From Leucoraja ocellata (lineage: Eukaryota), in assembly GCA_036785375.1 (NCBI GenBank), contig JAWMAR010000073.1, positions 2,294,001-2,358,000 on the forward strand: a stretch of 64,000 nucleotides of DNA, given 5' to 3'. The position numbers and the translations under genes were made by a program. Positions within the stretch are counted from its first letter, which is position 1. Every line of letters begins with the position of its first letter. A model generated the notes under the pieces. It saw nothing but the letters and a program-made list of their open reading frames with translations, had not been told where the DNA came from and made no database searches. This document shows positions 63,335-64,000 of the stretch, piece by piece.

Positions 63335-63660
63335 CTTTCATGGAGCATATTACAATTTACAAGCCATGTTTTCATTTTTGAAATAGTCACAGCTGCAAGA
63401 TGAGAAATGTGTAGAAATGCTAAATAAATTCTGATTATGATTAAAATAATAAATATTGGTCAGGAATAATTGGTGGGATCATTCTCATCCACTCCTGGAC
63501 AGGGAGAACTTCTTTTTGATCTCTTATCCAAAAGGTATCACCTCCACAGATTTACACTAAAATTCCAACCTAAATTTTGTACCCAAGTCTCTGGAATGGG
63601 ACTTGTACCCCAAATGTCAAAACTACTCTCACTGCACTAACGCAGACGATATCTAAAATT
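63335..63660 (-). mobile_element. Old DeuSINE (SacSINE1-like) remnant
   Basis: AAATATTGGTCAGGA, ATCCAAAAG..CACCTCC, CCTAAATTTTGTACCCAAGTCTCTGGAATGGGACTTG. Confidence 0.55.
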
Positions 63661-64000
63661 AAATCTTGGTTGCTGGATTATATCTTTGGTGTTAGTCTGC
63701 AGATATGAGCATTGTTAGTAATCTTAGTATTGTTAGAGACATTAGCAATCTCGGCATTATTTCTAAATTAAAAGGGATGAAATTAAACAGATGTAGTTGA
63801 GCATCTTGTCAACTATACCTGCAAGGAAACCCTAATTTTAAGATTTGTCAAACATCCTTTTATTAACCTACCTTTATCACCCTTTCAGCTCGTGGGTGCA
63901 TCACCATTTGTATGATTCAGACTCTGCATCTGTGCCATTTTACAAACCTCCCCTTGTTTTTTCTGCTCTTCACTACTTTGTCTGCATTCTAAAACATTCT

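Overview
Repeat-dense vertebrate non-coding DNA. The repeat complement (HE1/V-SINE, SacSINE/DeuSINE-like, CR1, Rex1/Babar, Penelope) points to a cartilaginous fish, probably a skate; this is inferred, not shown. I could not identify any intact host exon, so the window looks intronic or intergenic, with CNE-like unique islands between repeats. Long ORFs are transposon-derived: an uninterrupted 339-aa Passport-like Tc1 DD34E transposase (22307-23326, minus), several CR1 ORF2 pieces (longest 687 aa, with a mutated RT active site), and remnants of Tc1, Tigger/pogo, Rex1, L2 and Penelope GIY-YIG proteins. The top finding is a non-autonomous TIR element (61705-62879; CAAAGA...TCTTTG termini, 8-bp TSD with 7/8 match). 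It carries a genomic fragment of BCL7A-like exon 1 with its splice-donor remnant, i.e. Pack-type host-gene capture. Second is a family of tiny TSD-flanked Penelope pLTR insertions carrying a minimal hammerhead-ribozyme core. Also present are Helitrons, Harbinger MITEs, multi-level nesting and templated/internally primed LINE chimeras. All family assignments come from motif recognition by eye; no searches were run.
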